This document shows positions 49,258 to 56,423 of a DNA stretch of 64,000 nt, piece by piece (position 1 is the stretch's first letter; every line of letters begins with the position of its first letter). Origin of the DNA: a virus; IMG/VR virus record IMGVR_UViG_3300014835_000015, positions 4,477-68,476 of that record; one strand, 5' to 3'. The notes beneath the pieces were generated by a model, which had not been told where the DNA came from, ran no database searches, and saw only the letters and a program-made list of their open reading frames with translations. The position numbers and the translations under genes were made by a program.

Positions 49258-49766
49258 TGACAAAACAAGAAGCAATAGAAATTGCTAAACTTCTGAAAGC
49301 ACTCATCGAATTATCAGCAGTCGAGAAAATCTTATCTACATTCATATCTGCATTTAAAGAGAAGTCAATCATAAAGGATAATGGCTATTACTATTTACAC
49401 GGAAGCTTCAATTTAGGTGGTACAAAGAGTATGAGATTATCTAGCTCTGATCCTAATCTTACTAACTTACCTAGTGGGTCAAAATATGGAAAACTAATCA
49501 AAACTTGCTTTGTTGCACCTAACAATTACATTTTTGCTGGAGCTGATTTTGATAGCCTTGAGGATAAAGTATCAGCTCTTACAACTAAAGACCCTAACAA
49601 ACTTAAAGTCTATGAAGACGGTTATTGTGGGCATTGTTTAAGAGCTTATGCTTACTTCAAAGAACATATGCCTGATATAGAGAATACGGTTGATGGTATT
49701 AACAGTATAGCAAAGCTATACAAGGGGTTGCGGCAGAGAAGTAAAGAACCTACTTTTCTGCTTTAG
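49257..49766 (+). CDS. DNA polymerase middle fragment (thumb, palm motif A, start of motif B), ending at an in-frame TAG
   Basis: LHGSFNLGGTKSMRLSSSDPNLTNLP, GADFDSLED (motif A), GHCLRA, RQRSKEPTFLL*. Confidence 0.9.
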   Translation: MTKQEAIEIAKLLKALIELSAVEKILSTFISAFKEKSIIKDNGYYYLHGSFNLGGTKSMRLSSSDPNLTNLPSGSKYGKLIKTCFVAPNNYIFAGADFDSLEDKVSALTTKDPNKLKVYEDGYCGHCLRAYAYFKEHMPDIENTVDGINSIAKLYKGLRQRSKEPTFLL

Positions 49767-50369
49767 CTAACCTATGGAGGAACTCATTTCGGATTAATAG
49801 ATACGGTTGGTTTACCAAAAGAAACAGCATTATCTATTGAAAATAACTACCATACCTTATACGCAGTGTCTGATGAATGGGTAGCTGATAAAATAGAGCA
49901 AGCAACGAATACAGGTTATGTAGAATTAGCATTCGGAGGAAGGCTTAGAACACCCATATTGAAGCAAACCATATTAGGTAACAGAAATACCCCTTATGAA
50001 GCTAAACAAGAAAGCAGAACAGCAGGTAATGCTCTAGGTCAGTCGTATGGAATGATGTGCAATAGAGCAGCTATTGAAATGCAACAAAGAGTATTAGCTT
50101 CAAAATATGCTTTAGATATTAAACCAGTATGTATGATTCATGATGCCCTGTATTTCCTTATTAAAGACACTGTAGGCTGCGTAGCATGGTTTAATAAGAA
50201 CTTAACTGAATGTATGGCTTGGCAAGAATTAGAAGCAATACAGCATGATACTGTAAAGATTTCAGCTAGTGTAGACTTATTCTACCCTAACTGGAGTACA
50301 TCTATTGGTTTACCAAATAACTCAACAATGAAACAAATACTTGATATTTGTAAAAAGGAATACAAATGA
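49767..50369 (+). CDS. DNA polymerase C-terminal segment, in frame after the TAG
   Basis: LTYGG (rest of motif B), RTAGNALGQS, MIHDALYF (motif C); no convincing independent start. Confidence 0.85.
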   Translation, partial: LTYGGTHFGLIDTVGLPKETALSIENNYHTLYAVSDEWVADKIEQATNTGYVELAFGGRLRTPILKQTILGNRNTPYEAKQESRTAGNALGQSYGMMCNRAAIEMQQRVLASKYALDIKPVCMIHDALYFLIKDTVGCVAWFNKNLTECMAWQELEAIQHDTVKISASVDLFYPNWSTSIGLPNNSTMKQILDICKKEYK

Positions 50370-50626
50370 AGAGATTTAGTCACACATGGTTTAATGGAAT
50401 GATTGAAGTTCCAAATGGTGAGTATATAAAAGAAAAAGAAGCTTGTGTATATTTACAGCATTGGATAGATAATCAAACTAAGTTAGAAAAGGTCATTGAA
50501 GCTCAGTTACATGACTGGAAGGAGCTTCGTATAATATATGATGCTGAAAGAATACTTACTCTATTACTAACTGCTGGACTATTAGTCTCAGCATTCTTTA
50601 ACATTTTTCAATTTTTAATAAAATAA
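50366..50626 (+). CDS. Hypothetical protein with C-terminal TM segment
   Basis: ORF track; hydrophobic C-terminus. Confidence 0.5.
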   Translation: MKRFSHTWFNGMIEVPNGEYIKEKEACVYLQHWIDNQTKLEKVIEAQLHDWKELRIIYDAERILTLLLTAGLLVSAFFNIFQFLIK

Positions 50627-50627
50627 T

Positions 50628-50843
50628 ATGGAACATAAATTAAAAGGACTTGCCAACGAAATACAAGAACAAAAGAGCATCTTGGTAGACGTAGGACTAA
50701 TAATAGAATTTGGTTTACGAAATTATAGAGAATACCTTAAAACATTATTTTATGAACCAATGTCACTAAGAATGGGTAATTTCATTAGACAATTACACGA
50801 TATGTCTGATGAACAAATTGAACTTACACTACAAAAATTATGA
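50628..50843 (+). CDS. Hypothetical protein
   Basis: ORF track. Confidence 0.5.
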   Translation: MEHKLKGLANEIQEQKSILVDVGLIIEFGLRNYREYLKTLFYEPMSLRMGNFIRQLHDMSDEQIELTLQKL

Positions 50844-51031
50844 ATAAATCAACATTACTTTTAGTTAAAACTAATGCTCAATTACTTATTTCAAGAATTG
50901 ATAAAGTATTAGATGTAGTACCAGATCAACAACTTAAATGGAACTCGGGTTATCCAAAAGAAACTGCTTCACTAAGAAGAACTTCAATGGAACTTACAAG
51001 ATCTTTAGCTGACCTTAGACAAAATAAATAG
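50840..51031 (+). CDS. Small phage hypothetical protein
   Basis: SGYPKETASLRRTSMELTRSLADLR; ATGA coupling. Confidence 0.55.
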   Translation: MNKSTLLLVKTNAQLLISRIDKVLDVVPDQQLKWNSGYPKETASLRRTSMELTRSLADLRQNK

Positions 51032-51130
51032 AAAATGTAAATGTGGCTTTCGCCACTTTTACCCACAATAAAAAGGACTTTGATATGTTTTTAACAATAC
51101 TAACTTATTTATTAAGGAGATTTTTATGTA

Positions 51131-51365
51131 GCACTGCTAGGTTAAGCTGTTCCACAGCCTGTACACATAGTAAAATAATACAAGTTCGTAAGAGGTTAGT
51201 TGCTTTAAACCTCCTAAACCGTTTAGAAGAAATAGCAGTGTTTCGTTAGTATAGAGTCATGGCTCTAAGTAGAATAGCTTAATAACTACTTAAATTTGAA
51301 TTCCTGATAAAGAATTGTTAAACTTATTTCGTGTTTTCCCTACGAAGGGTAAAAAGGGATACTAA
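51131..51365 (+). ncRNA. Candidate structured ncRNA (two multibranch domains) upstream of the tRNA
   Basis: Closing stems GCACTGCTA/TAGCAGTGT (51131-51241) and TTAGTAT/ATACTAA (51246-51365) with several internal hairpins; follows a promoter-motif variant. Confidence 0.5.
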
Positions 51366-51370
51366 ATTTC

Positions 51371-51442
51371 ACTCCTCTAGCATAAAGGTTATGCACCCAC
51401 CTCATACTTGGAAAGATACAAGTTCGACTCTTGTGGGGAGTA
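51371..51442 (+). tRNA. tRNA with CAT anticodon (Met or Ile2), weak anticodon stem, no encoded CCA
   Basis: Acceptor ACTCCTC/GGGGAGT, D-arm GCAT/ATGC, loop CT-CAT-AC, T-arm ACAAG-TTCGACT-CTTGT. Confidence 0.75.
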
Positions 51443-51450
51443 TCAAACAT

Positions 51451-51621
51451 GGATAATACAAGAACTATTACTTAGATAAATACTTGCAACTATTTACTAA
51501 GATGTTTGATTGAAGGAATTCTTGTAGCATATTATATAATTTTTAAATCTTATTAGACAGAGCGAAACTGTAGAGTATAATTATATTTATGTCCTTGGTT
51601 CGATTCCAAGATTATCCACCA
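51451..51621 (+). ncRNA. 171-nt tRNA-like RNA with acceptor stem, T-arm and CCA but two elongated internal arms
   Basis: GGATAAT/ATTATCC-A-CCA; T-arm CTTGG-TTCGATT-CCAAG. Confidence 0.65.
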
Positions 51622-51677
51622 AACTATGTGAGATGCGCTCTCATAGTATTCACCGAAGAGGTTATCCTCTAAACTCA

Positions 51678-51712
51678 AACCTATACAGCTTACACTGTAT
51701 GGGTTCTTTTTT
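51678..51712 (+). terminator. Intrinsic terminator closing the ncRNA/tRNA unit
   Basis: AACCTATACAG-CTTACA-CTGTATGGGTT-CTTTTTT. Confidence 0.8.
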
Positions 51713-51935
51713 AAGTTCATTCATGAAATTTGCTTGGATTTTGACGATGAAAAGATACCTATAATTTTAGGTTAGGAGTAAGTGTACTTAAAAATGAATA
51801 AACAATATCAACCTTGGAATCTATATAACTGTCCTATACATTGGTTTAATACAGTTAAAATGAAAACATGTTCATGTAATAGAAATCCTAACTGTAAGCA
51901 ATGTCACGGTTTTGGATATAAAAGAGAAAATAAAA

Positions 51936-52118
51936 ATGAATCCATTTATTAATATACCATTAAATACCAAGAAAGTATTTGTTATGGGAATAGATCATTC
52001 AGGAACTGAAATTTATATTGCTGTAGATTCCTTAGATGAAACAGTAATTCAAACCAAAAAACAAGAATTACAACAATATCTACTTAATCAACCTTTACCA
52101 GAGAAAGACTATGCGTAA
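51936..52118 (+). CDS. Hypothetical protein
   Basis: Probable start MNPFIN. Confidence 0.5.
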   Translation: MNPFINIPLNTKKVFVMGIDHSGTEIYIAVDSLDETVIQTKKQELQQYLLNQPLPEKDYA

Positions 52119-52398
52119 AATTACTTTAGATGAATTAAATAATTTATTACTTACTAGACAAAGTTTTAAGTTTAAACCCACAAATAAAAAGATATTTAAA
52201 CTTATTGTTACATTATGTAGTATTCATGGTATTTGTTTTCCTTGTAAAACTACTTTTAAATATGCTTCTCAAAGAGATTTTGTTTCTATTGATACTTGGT
52301 GTAAAAGAGAAGATTATTTTATTGCTACACCAGTAATGGTAGAAGATCAGAATCAAGAAGAAATAGAATTAATTTTACCTACCGAGTTTCTAGTATGA
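52111..52398 (+). CDS. Hypothetical protein
   Basis: ORF track. Confidence 0.55.
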   Translation: MRKITLDELNNLLLTRQSFKFKPTNKKIFKLIVTLCSIHGICFPCKTTFKYASQRDFVSIDTWCKREDYFIATPVMVEDQNQEEIELILPTEFLV

Positions 52399-52616
52399 GT
52401 TTTGAAGATATGGTTGACTCTGATCAAGGTGCATCCTTTGAGCAATTACATTTAAAAATGACTTTAGATAATAGAGTTATGTGTTCAGGCTGGGATGGTA
52501 AGTCAAGAAGGTGTAAATCTTGTGGTAGAGAAATTGAAATAGAAAGATTAAAGTTAATTAATGCAACTCAGTGTAGAGCTTGTGTACAACCAGTAGATGA
52601 GGATGGGGATGAATAA
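52395..52616 (+). CDS. TraR/DksA-like C4 zinc-finger protein
   Basis: N-terminal DMVD; CKSCGREIEIERLKLINATQCRAC. Confidence 0.7.
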   Translation: MSFEDMVDSDQGASFEQLHLKMTLDNRVMCSGWDGKSRRCKSCGREIEIERLKLINATQCRACVQPVDEDGDE

Positions 52617-52998
52617 TAATTTTAAAGTAGGAGATTTTGTAAAATTAATAGATAAAAGTTGCTTTCCTAATTATCAAGGTAAACAAGAGGTAGTAAGTGT
52701 AGCTGGTACAGATTTATGTATTAAATATTGTGATAATCCTTGGTACTATAATAATTGGGAACTCTATGTAGAATCTGTTAAAAAGGATTTAGGTAAACAC
52801 TATAGATTTTCTTTTAAAGGATTGAAAATAGATGTTTACAGAATACTTGAAATATTCCAAATAACTAATCCTGCACAACAACATGCAATTAAGAAATTAC
52901 TTAGAGCAGGTAAATCAATTAAACCATTAAGCCAAGATATAGATGAAGTTATTCTTACTCTTGAAAGGTGGAAGGAAATGATTATAGAAAATGAATAA
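52597..52998 (+). CDS. Phage protein, DUF3310-like C-terminus
   Basis: KHY..IDVYRILEIF..QHAIKKLLRAGK..QDIDE. Confidence 0.55.
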   Translation: MRMGMNNNFKVGDFVKLIDKSCFPNYQGKQEVVSVAGTDLCIKYCDNPWYYNNWELYVESVKKDLGKHYRFSFKGLKIDVYRILEIFQITNPAQQHAIKKLLRAGKSIKPLSQDIDEVILTLERWKEMIIENE

Positions 52999-53359
52999 TT
53001 TACTATTTATATCATTATTACTTTTACCTTTTCATACACAAGCATTGACTAAATCAGAACAAGAATGTGCCAGTAAGAATATTTATTTTGAAGGTAGAAG
53101 TAATAAACAAGATTGGTTTAAAATTCTTCAAGTTGCTAACAATAGAAAACAACATCCAAAAAAGTATGGAGCTAAATCATCTCATTTATGTGATGTGGTT
53201 CATAGCTCACAATACACTACAGCTCGCTTTAAGCATATTAAAGAACCTAAAGTGTACAAAGAGATTACTTTGTTTGTATCACGTCATAAACAGCCTGTAC
53301 GATCCAATTTAACGTACTTTTCAGGACATCATAAATTACATTTTAGGAGTCACTTTTAA
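52991..53359 (+). CDS. SleB-like cell wall hydrolase (Hydrolase_2) with signal peptide
   Basis: ECASKNIYFEGR..VANNR..LCDVV..QY; hydrophobic N-terminus. Confidence 0.75.
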   Translation: MNNLLFISLLLLPFHTQALTKSEQECASKNIYFEGRSNKQDWFKILQVANNRKQHPKKYGAKSSHLCDVVHSSQYTTARFKHIKEPKVYKEITLFVSRHKQPVRSNLTYFSGHHKLHFRSHF

Positions 53360-53495
53360 ATGAATCAAGAAGATATTGTAGCAACAATTATTAAATTATC
53401 CTTTGTCGCACTGCTGATTACTGTTACAGCAGCGATGTTTTACACATCAATTGATACAACAAAAGATACTGTATGTATTCATAAAGAGAAAATAA

Positions 53496-54332
53496 ATGAA
53501 TAACACATCAGCAAGAGTAATAGCAGATTCTATTAATGAATCTGGAGACAGAGTAACAACTCTTGAATTGGAATATCCAAGAATCATTTTAGCCGAGTTT
53601 AATACGCATAGAATCTTCAGCAGAAACACTGCATCAAGTAGAGCTATACCAGTTAAAACTATGCTTAAAAATATCTGGAACAATATGTTTGTTCCTTGGT
53701 ATTGGGGAGCTAATCAATCAGGTATGCAAGCTAAAGTACAATTATCTAAACCAAGAAGCTTGATAGCTAATACTTTATGGAAGACAGGTGTATGTATTAA
53801 TTTACTTGGTTCATATCTTTTAAGCTCCATAGGAGTACACAAACAACTAGCAAACAGGAATACAGAATATGCGTCTTATATTAAGACTATTGTTACAAGC
53901 ACTGATTTTGATAATTTCATATCTTTGCGGTTACACCCAGATGCACAGCCTGAGATAGCTGATTTAGCTTATAAGATTAAAGTAGCTTTAGAGAATTCTA
54001 AACCAGTATTACTTAAAGAAGGTGAGTGGCATACTCCTTATGTAAACTCAACAAGAAATAATATTAGAAAATTAACTTACTATTTACCTTTTCCTAGAAT
54101 AGAGCAAGTAAACAAAGAACAAGCTAAAAAAGTATCTGTTAGTTGCTGCGCTCAAGTAAGTTATCGTAAATCAGATACATCAATTGATAAAGCTATTCGT
54201 ATTACAGATGCTTTATCTAAATCAAGACCTATTCATGCAAGTCCATTTGAACATGTATGTACACCTGGAATAGGACGAGGTAATTTAAAAGGATGGATTC
54301 AGTATCGTCAGGAGATTGAAGAATGCAGTTAA
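53496..54332 (+). CDS. thyX: Flavin-dependent thymidylate synthase-like protein
   Basis: PRIILAEFNTHRIFSRNTASSRAIP, HKQLANR, LRLHPDAQPEI, HASPFEH. Confidence 0.8.
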   Translation: MNNTSARVIADSINESGDRVTTLELEYPRIILAEFNTHRIFSRNTASSRAIPVKTMLKNIWNNMFVPWYWGANQSGMQAKVQLSKPRSLIANTLWKTGVCINLLGSYLLSSIGVHKQLANRNTEYASYIKTIVTSTDFDNFISLRLHPDAQPEIADLAYKIKVALENSKPVLLKEGEWHTPYVNSTRNNIRKLTYYLPFPRIEQVNKEQAKKVSVSCCAQVSYRKSDTSIDKAIRITDALSKSRPIHASPFEHVCTPGIGRGNLKGWIQYRQEIEECS

Positions 54333-54544
54333 GTGAACTAAATATTGGAGATACATTCTCTATCGAACAATATCATGATGAAGAGAACATGGTGGGAAAT
54401 TACTTAGTAATTAACCCTAATACAGATAACTTTAATATTACTCCTTTAGATGAATATTTTGATATGAGTAATTATTCGTTTGTTCTAAACTTAAATACCT
54501 CAACATTAGGTATCTTATTAAATACACAAGAGGTAACAGTATGA
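54323..54544 (+). CDS. Hypothetical protein
   Basis: ORF track. Confidence 0.5.
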   Translation: MQLSELNIGDTFSIEQYHDEENMVGNYLVINPNTDNFNITPLDEYFDMSNYSFVLNLNTSTLGILLNTQEVTV

Positions 54545-54936
54545 CAGATATGATTACAGACCAAACCAGTTTCATGTACTTAGGTAATCAGAGTACAACT
54601 ACTTTAAATAGAGAACAATTATGTTTATATTATTCACTGATTCAAGAAGAGTGTGTTGAATTAAAAGAAGCTTATTCTGGTGATTCCAATAGTGAAATTA
54701 TTAAAGAAGCTTGTGATGTACTTGTAGTAACACTTGGTTTACTTTTAAGTATGGGTATTGATGTTCATAAAGCTTGGCATTTAGTCCATAAAAACAATGT
54801 GTCTAAAGTCTCAAACCAAGATGCTATTGTAAAAGATGAAAATGGGAAAATACAAAAAAGTGAGGCTTCAAAATTATCTAAACTAAAAATGATGGCTGAT
54901 ATTCAAGGACTATTAAATGACAATAACTCAAGATAA
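54541..54936 (+). CDS. MazG-like/PRA-PH NTP pyrophosphohydrolase
   Basis: LIQEECVEL..KEACDVLVV..VHKNNVSK..DENGKIQK. Confidence 0.8.
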   Translation: MTDMITDQTSFMYLGNQSTTTLNREQLCLYYSLIQEECVELKEAYSGDSNSEIIKEACDVLVVTLGLLLSMGIDVHKAWHLVHKNNVSKVSNQDAIVKDENGKIQKSEASKLSKLKMMADIQGLLNDNNSR

Positions 54937-55135
54937 AACTTTAGAGTTTATATTCTGTGAACCTACTATTGATGGTTTATGGGACAGACTTATGCAAGAT
55001 AAACTTACAGAAGAAGATGTTGTATGGGAAGTATTTGAAAATAGACACGATTTAGAGTTAATTGCTATTGGTTTAGAAAATATGTTTAAAGAAGTATTTG
55101 GTTTAGGTTATCAACGTGCTTATGAGGGGGAGTAA
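54917..55135 (+). CDS. Hypothetical protein, tandem paralogue A
   Basis: QDKTLEFIFCEP..GLW..KLT. Confidence 0.55.
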   Translation: MTITQDKTLEFIFCEPTIDGLWDRLMQDKLTEEDVVWEVFENRHDLELIAIGLENMFKEVFGLGYQRAYEGE

Positions 55136-55380
55136 TGACATCATTAGCCCAAGATAAAGCATTACACATTATATTTTGTGAACCTATCTCTGAAGGTTTA
55201 TGGCTTAGAGTATTTAATAAAAAACTTACAGATAATGATGTTATATGTGATGATTTTCATTATGTAAACCATGATGCAATATCTTCCCTAGTAAAAGATT
55301 TATCTATTAACTTTCAAGAAATGTTTGATGCAGGTTATTTACAAGGGGTAAATTTAATGAAAGGACAGTCTGTTAAATGA
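55135..55380 (+). CDS. Hypothetical protein, tandem paralogue B
   Basis: QDKALHIIFCEP..GLW..KLT. Confidence 0.55.
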   Translation: MTSLAQDKALHIIFCEPISEGLWLRVFNKKLTDNDVICDDFHYVNHDAISSLVKDLSINFQEMFDAGYLQGVNLMKGQSVK

Positions 55381-56339
55381 CTTCATATACAAATAATGAG
55401 GGTATTCCTTTAGCATTATGTGTGTTATTCGTTAATGACCTTTACGATCATTCATCTGAATCTAACACAATTTCAGTTACTACCTTACTAGATTCTGTAA
55501 GACAAATAATCTTAAGCTTAAGAGCTACTGGTGAAGGTACTAAAGATGTATCTGATATGGTAGCTAGTGCATATGGAACAAGTTTGCATTCATCACTTGA
55601 AGCTGCTTGGCTTAATCCATATAAAGCTTTAGAAGAATTAGGTTATCCAGTATCTGTTGTAAATAAATTTATTGTAAATCCAAAAGAAGATTATGATTTA
55701 AAAGCATTAAACAACATTCCTGTTTATGTAGAACAAAGATCTATCAAACAAATAGCTGGGTGGAATATAAGTGGTAAGTTTGATTTAGTTATTGATGGAA
55801 GACTTAATGACTTAAAGAATAGAAAGGTATGGGCATATCTTAATTCATCTAATGATAAGAAGGATATTCTACAAGCTAGTATTTACAGATGGTTAAACCA
55901 AGATAAAGTAACAGAAGAAGATTTTAGTATTCTTTGGCTTTTTACGGATTACAACAGTCTTGAAGCATTAAAGAATCCTTTATATCCTAAACAAAGATGG
56001 TTAGAACAAAAGTTTAAGTTACTTAGTATTCAAGAAATAGAACAGTACCTTAATAATAAACTTGGTTTGATAAACCAGTATATTAATTCACCTGAATCAG
56101 AATTACCTTTATGTGACTCGGATGAATTATGGATGGGTAAATCTGTATTCAAGTATTACAAAGCTCAAGGACAAGCACGTTCTACTAAGAACTTTAATAA
56201 TGCTCATGATGCACATAAAGAAACATCTAAAGGTGGATATGTACTTGAGGTTAGAGGTAAAGCAGTTAGATGTGGATATTGCTCTGCATCTTCTGTCTGT
56301 AGTCAGTATAAGAGTCTTATAAACCAAGGTCTTATTTAA
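55377..56339 (+). CDS. PD-(D/E)XK exonuclease (N4 gp42-like)
   Basis: YTNNEGIPL, GTSLHSSLE, ISGKFDLV..DLK, RCGYCSASSVCSQY. Confidence 0.8.
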   Translation: MTSYTNNEGIPLALCVLFVNDLYDHSSESNTISVTTLLDSVRQIILSLRATGEGTKDVSDMVASAYGTSLHSSLEAAWLNPYKALEELGYPVSVVNKFIVNPKEDYDLKALNNIPVYVEQRSIKQIAGWNISGKFDLVIDGRLNDLKNRKVWAYLNSSNDKKDILQASIYRWLNQDKVTEEDFSILWLFTDYNSLEALKNPLYPKQRWLEQKFKLLSIQEIEQYLNNKLGLINQYINSPESELPLCDSDELWMGKSVFKYYKAQGQARSTKNFNNAHDAHKETSKGGYVLEVRGKAVRCGYCSASSVCSQYKSLINQGLI

Positions 56340-56346
56340 TAAATTT

Positions 56347-56423
56347 AAGCTAGTAGTTCAATGGTAGATCATCCTAATAGTAATTAGGTAGGAGTGTTAT
56401 TGGTTCAAATCCAATCCAGCTTA
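56347..56423 (+). tRNA. Degenerate tRNA/pseudo-tRNA with non-canonical anticodon loop
   Basis: AAGCTAG/CCAGCTT acceptor, GTTC-AATGGTA-GATC D-arm, ATTGG-TTCAAAT-CCAAT T-arm. Confidence 0.55.

Noticed and set aside
49764-49766. Genome-wide amber (TAG) reassignment
   Set aside because: Other genes are intact under the standard code, several real genes end in TAG (10165, 25475, 33454), no CUA-anticodon tRNA was seen, and readthrough would break O-helix spacing.
49866-50369. Independent GTG-initiated third polymerase subunit, as in the track
   Set aside because: No RBS, and it would omit the essential YGG of motif B encoded at 49773-49781.
51043-51249. 68-aa ORF in the track
   Set aside because: Starts with GTG inside a GTGG hairpin with no RBS and overlaps a promoter motif and a densely paired RNA region.
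51300-51320. Hammerhead ribozyme at CTGATAAA
   Set aside because: Lacks CUGANGA (G8) and a suitably placed GAAA.
51451-51621. tmRNA or theta/HDV-like ribozyme
   Set aside because: No G3.U70 alanine determinant, too short, no tag ORF; the 3' strand of the 7-bp stem is followed by ACCA, not an HDV P1.1/P4 core.
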